DNA of 60,962 nt, the filler included. It is 14 parts of 14 records of this genome, joined end to end, with 100 filler letters (N's around TTAATTAATTAA, not from the genome) between each part and the next. Parts side by side here need not be neighbours in the genome. Positions count along the whole stretch, not along the records: positions 57,760 to 60,962 come from SRR7504441_117582; 13 more parts are not named here. One strand, given 5' to 3'. Position numbers and translations under genes: made by a program. Shown here in pieces: positions 58,202 to 60,962 of this stretch. Position 1 is the first letter of the stretch, and every line of letters starts with the position of its first letter. The notes beneath the pieces were generated by a model. That model made no database searches. It was not told the DNA's origin and saw only the letters and a program-made list of their open reading frames with translations.

Positions 58202-58276
58202 CGGCCGAAGTAACGGAAATCAGACACAGATCGGCTTCGGAGAGCTGCACGGCACACCCGGAGGGTTCGCGGACTC

Positions 58277-60962
58277 ATGGGGAACAAAGTGGCGCTCTGC
58301 TGGGGGCTGGGCCTGACCCGAGGCAGGTGCTGTCCAAATATGCGGTGGACGAGCAGAACCAGGTCGCGAGCGGGGGGCCGGGCTTTCTGTGGAAGATCTA
58401 CCCAGCCAAGTCGGAGGCCACCGGGCAGGAGGTGTCGGTGTTCATATTCGAGAAGGACCAGCTGGACGATATGTTCAAAGAGGCCAGCAAGAGCAAAAAC
58501 CTCAGCAAGGGCGACGTCGAGCGCGGCAAGGAGCGGGTGTACGAACAGTTTCGGAAAGAGGTGCTGGGCCGCAGCCTCGGAGGCCCAGTGCAGACAGGTG
58601 ACCACGCTGTCGCGAATTCGACACCCGAACTTCATTAAGGTGATCGAGCCGCTGGACGAGTCGCGCAAGGCGATGGTGATGATCACCGAGCCCGTGATCG
58701 GCTCGCTGGCGAACGCCTTCAAAGACTACACTAACATGCAAGAACCGTGCGGCGATCTGGCCAACTACTGCCCCGAGACCCCGGAGGTGCGCAGCGCAGC
58801 GGACGGCGCTGACTGCGGCTGGACAGATCATCAACGGGCTCCGGCACCTCGGGGAAGCTCTCAAGTTCTGCCACCACGGCGGGCTGAGGATGGCGCTGCT
58901 CTCGATTGCCCCGACCTCAATCTACATCAGCAAGACCCACGACTGGAAGTTTGGCGGGCTCAGGTGCCCCCCGCACACGGCTGGCTGGCCTCCCGAGCTG
59001 AGTGGATCCGGCAGTTTCTCGCTGCCTCTCGACGGTGAAAACCACCAGTGCAGTGCGGTCGACTTTCGGTGTCTCGACGACGGCCTGCCCACTGTGGCAG
59101 TGCCGCCCCTGATGTACACAGCGCCTGAGCTTCTCAAGGGCGAGGTGCGCGCACCGGGCTGGGCTCCGGCAGCTGGCGCCGCAGGTGACCCGGTGCGAGG
59201 ACTTGGCACAGTGCGACATGTTCTCTCTTGGCAAACTGACTCTAGAGCTGTTCAAAGCAGTCAAGCAAGGCCGACAGATGGATTCGGCGCAGGGCCGGAC
59301 GACCATCCCGACGCTGCACCAGGCGATCCAAGATGCGTCCACCCCAGCCCCGTCTGGGGACATGGCTGCCCTCCCGGCCACGCTGGGCCCGATGGTCTCA
59401 AAGTGCTGCTCGAGCTACGGGCCTCGACCAGCTGTGCAAGATTTCCTCAAGTGCGAATTCTTCCACGATATGCAGGCCAAGTGCTTGCAGTTCCTCGAAG
59501 CATTCGATGTGAAGGACCGGAACGTGAAAGCTCAGTTCCTGAAGCAGCTGCCAGCAGCGCTTGGCTCTTTCGAGAAGCGAGTGCTCGAGAACAAAGTGCT
59601 TCCCGTGCTGCTGAGAGAGCTGCGCGACCCGCAGATGACCCAGTTCCTGCTGCCAAACGTGATGGAAGTGAGTGCTCTGCTCACTTCGCAGCAGTTTCAG
59701 GAGCTGGTGCTCCCTAAGATTGGAGAAGTCTGCCATCAGGCCAAAAACAACCCGATGGTCAACGCACTGCTACTCCAAAACTTACAGCGGATAGTTGAAA
59801 TCGCACCTAGCGCCTTCATCAGTAATCACATCATTCCGATGATGTCCTCATCCTTTGCCTCCGAGTTTCATGAAATTCAAGTCGAAGTGGTGAAGCAGAC
59901 TGCTACTTCAGCTTCAAAGTTTGAGTACACTGAGTTCAAGGGCAAACTGCTCCCCAAGCTGATGGCTCTCACGCTCCAAACCAAGAAGCTGTCTGTCCGT
60001 GTCAACTGCCTCATCTGCCTGAGCAAAATCTTTCCTCTGCTTGATTCCGAAGTTCTTGAGGAGACTATTTTGCCTACATTGGCCCAATGTGCAAAATATG
60101 ATTTGACTCCATCTGTAACGATGGCTTGTGCGGGGGTCTTTGACGAGGTAGCCAAAGCATCCGGGACGAAAATGATTGCATCCCAGCTCTTACCTATTGT
60201 GGCTCCGATGCTGGCAAATGAGAAATTGACCTTGTCTCAGTTCCGAACCATCAGTGGAATCATGCAGCAGATGCTCGCAAAAGTGGAACAGGCTCGGCTT
60301 CAGACACTGACCGAGCACGACAAGATGAATAAGGAGGTAGCTGTTGATGGCGCTCAAATATTTGGAAATTCCAACGCAAAGGTCCCGGAGAAGATGTCCT
60401 TTGATGAGCTGCTTGGTGTCAAGACCAACAACAGCGGGTTTGCCGACATCGACTTGTTTGGAGAACAAGGCAGTGGACCTACACTGGATTTCACCGCAAT
60501 GCCATCTGGCGGAGGCGATGCCTCCAGTGCCAAAGCAGCAGTCGCCAACCCTTTTGATGATTTGTTCAAAGATTCGAACAAGGGACCCGCCCCAGCTGCT
60601 CCCAAGCCCTCAAGCAGTGCCACAGCCAAGCCACAGAACATGATGGCAAGCGCTGCAAGCGCACAGAAAACAACTGCAAAGCCAAGCGGTGGGAATATGT
60701 TTGAAGGTATGGCTATGAAGAACAAGACTGCTGCGCCAGCAAGCGGCATGGCAGCGATGTCCACAAACAATCCAGCAGGGGGTAAGGCAGCACCCATGAA
60801 CAGCATGGGAGGCAGCACCGGTGGCGGCAGCATGTTCAATGGAATGTCGATGAAAACAAGCACAGGCGCTGCATCAGCGGGGGGCATTATGGCGCCTACA
60901 AGCAGCCAGACAGCAGCAGCGGGCAGCACTGGTGGTGGCAGCATGTTTAATGGAATGTCGAT
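58277..60962 (+). CDS. SCYL2: SCY1-like pseudokinase 2 (CVAK104) with HEAT repeats, spliced, 3' truncated
   Basis: GGPGFLWKIY, VSVFIFEK, RIRHPNFIKVIEPLDE, ITEPV, WKFGGL, YTAPE. Long helical exon from about 59200. Five 37-51-nt introns. Confidence 0.88.
60695..60962 (+). repeat. Coding repeats GG(N/S)MF(E/N)GM(A/S)M in the SCYL2 tail
   Basis: Three copies, near 60697, 60830 and 60940. Confidence 0.75.

Noticed and set aside
1..60962. tRNA, rRNA, CRISPR arrays, transposases or viral genes; a firm taxonomic assignment
   Set aside because: None recognised by eye. Taxonomy needs marker-gene phylogeny.

Overview
This is not one continuous locus. It is 14 short eukaryotic contigs (about 3-6 kb each) joined by an artificial linker (Ns-TTAATTAATTAA-Ns), so neighbourhoods across linkers are meaningless. 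The DNA comes from a gene-dense, GC-rich, flagellated protist: a DNAAF9/Shulin homolog is present, and the lineage cannot be fixed from sequence alone. Introns are short and uniform (mostly 36-48 nt), with degenerate donors and frequent GC-AG ends. Many genes are arranged head-to-head across 75-185 bp. Recognisable genes include DNAAF9, mitochondrial uS9, HP1, a PKD2-like channel, MFSD5, ILRUN, the BRCA2 DNA-binding region, a RING-SNF2 helicase, ACAD10/11, FMT, an OAC1-like carrier, PSMG4 and SCYL2. The most unusual items are: (1) a >1460-aa intronless protein with ubiquitin(LRGG), three PAM2 motifs, Tudor-like modules, hydrophobic helices and a split J-domain; (2) a secreted LBP/BPI-GH28 fusion; (3) an HK-REC-HPt unorthodox kinase; (4) an SK-type K+ channel gene whose pore segment is inverted relative to its flanks; (5) a putative unfamiliar Cys/His zinc-binding regulator; (6) the intron architecture itself. 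All splice calls and domain calls are by eye; no database search was run.
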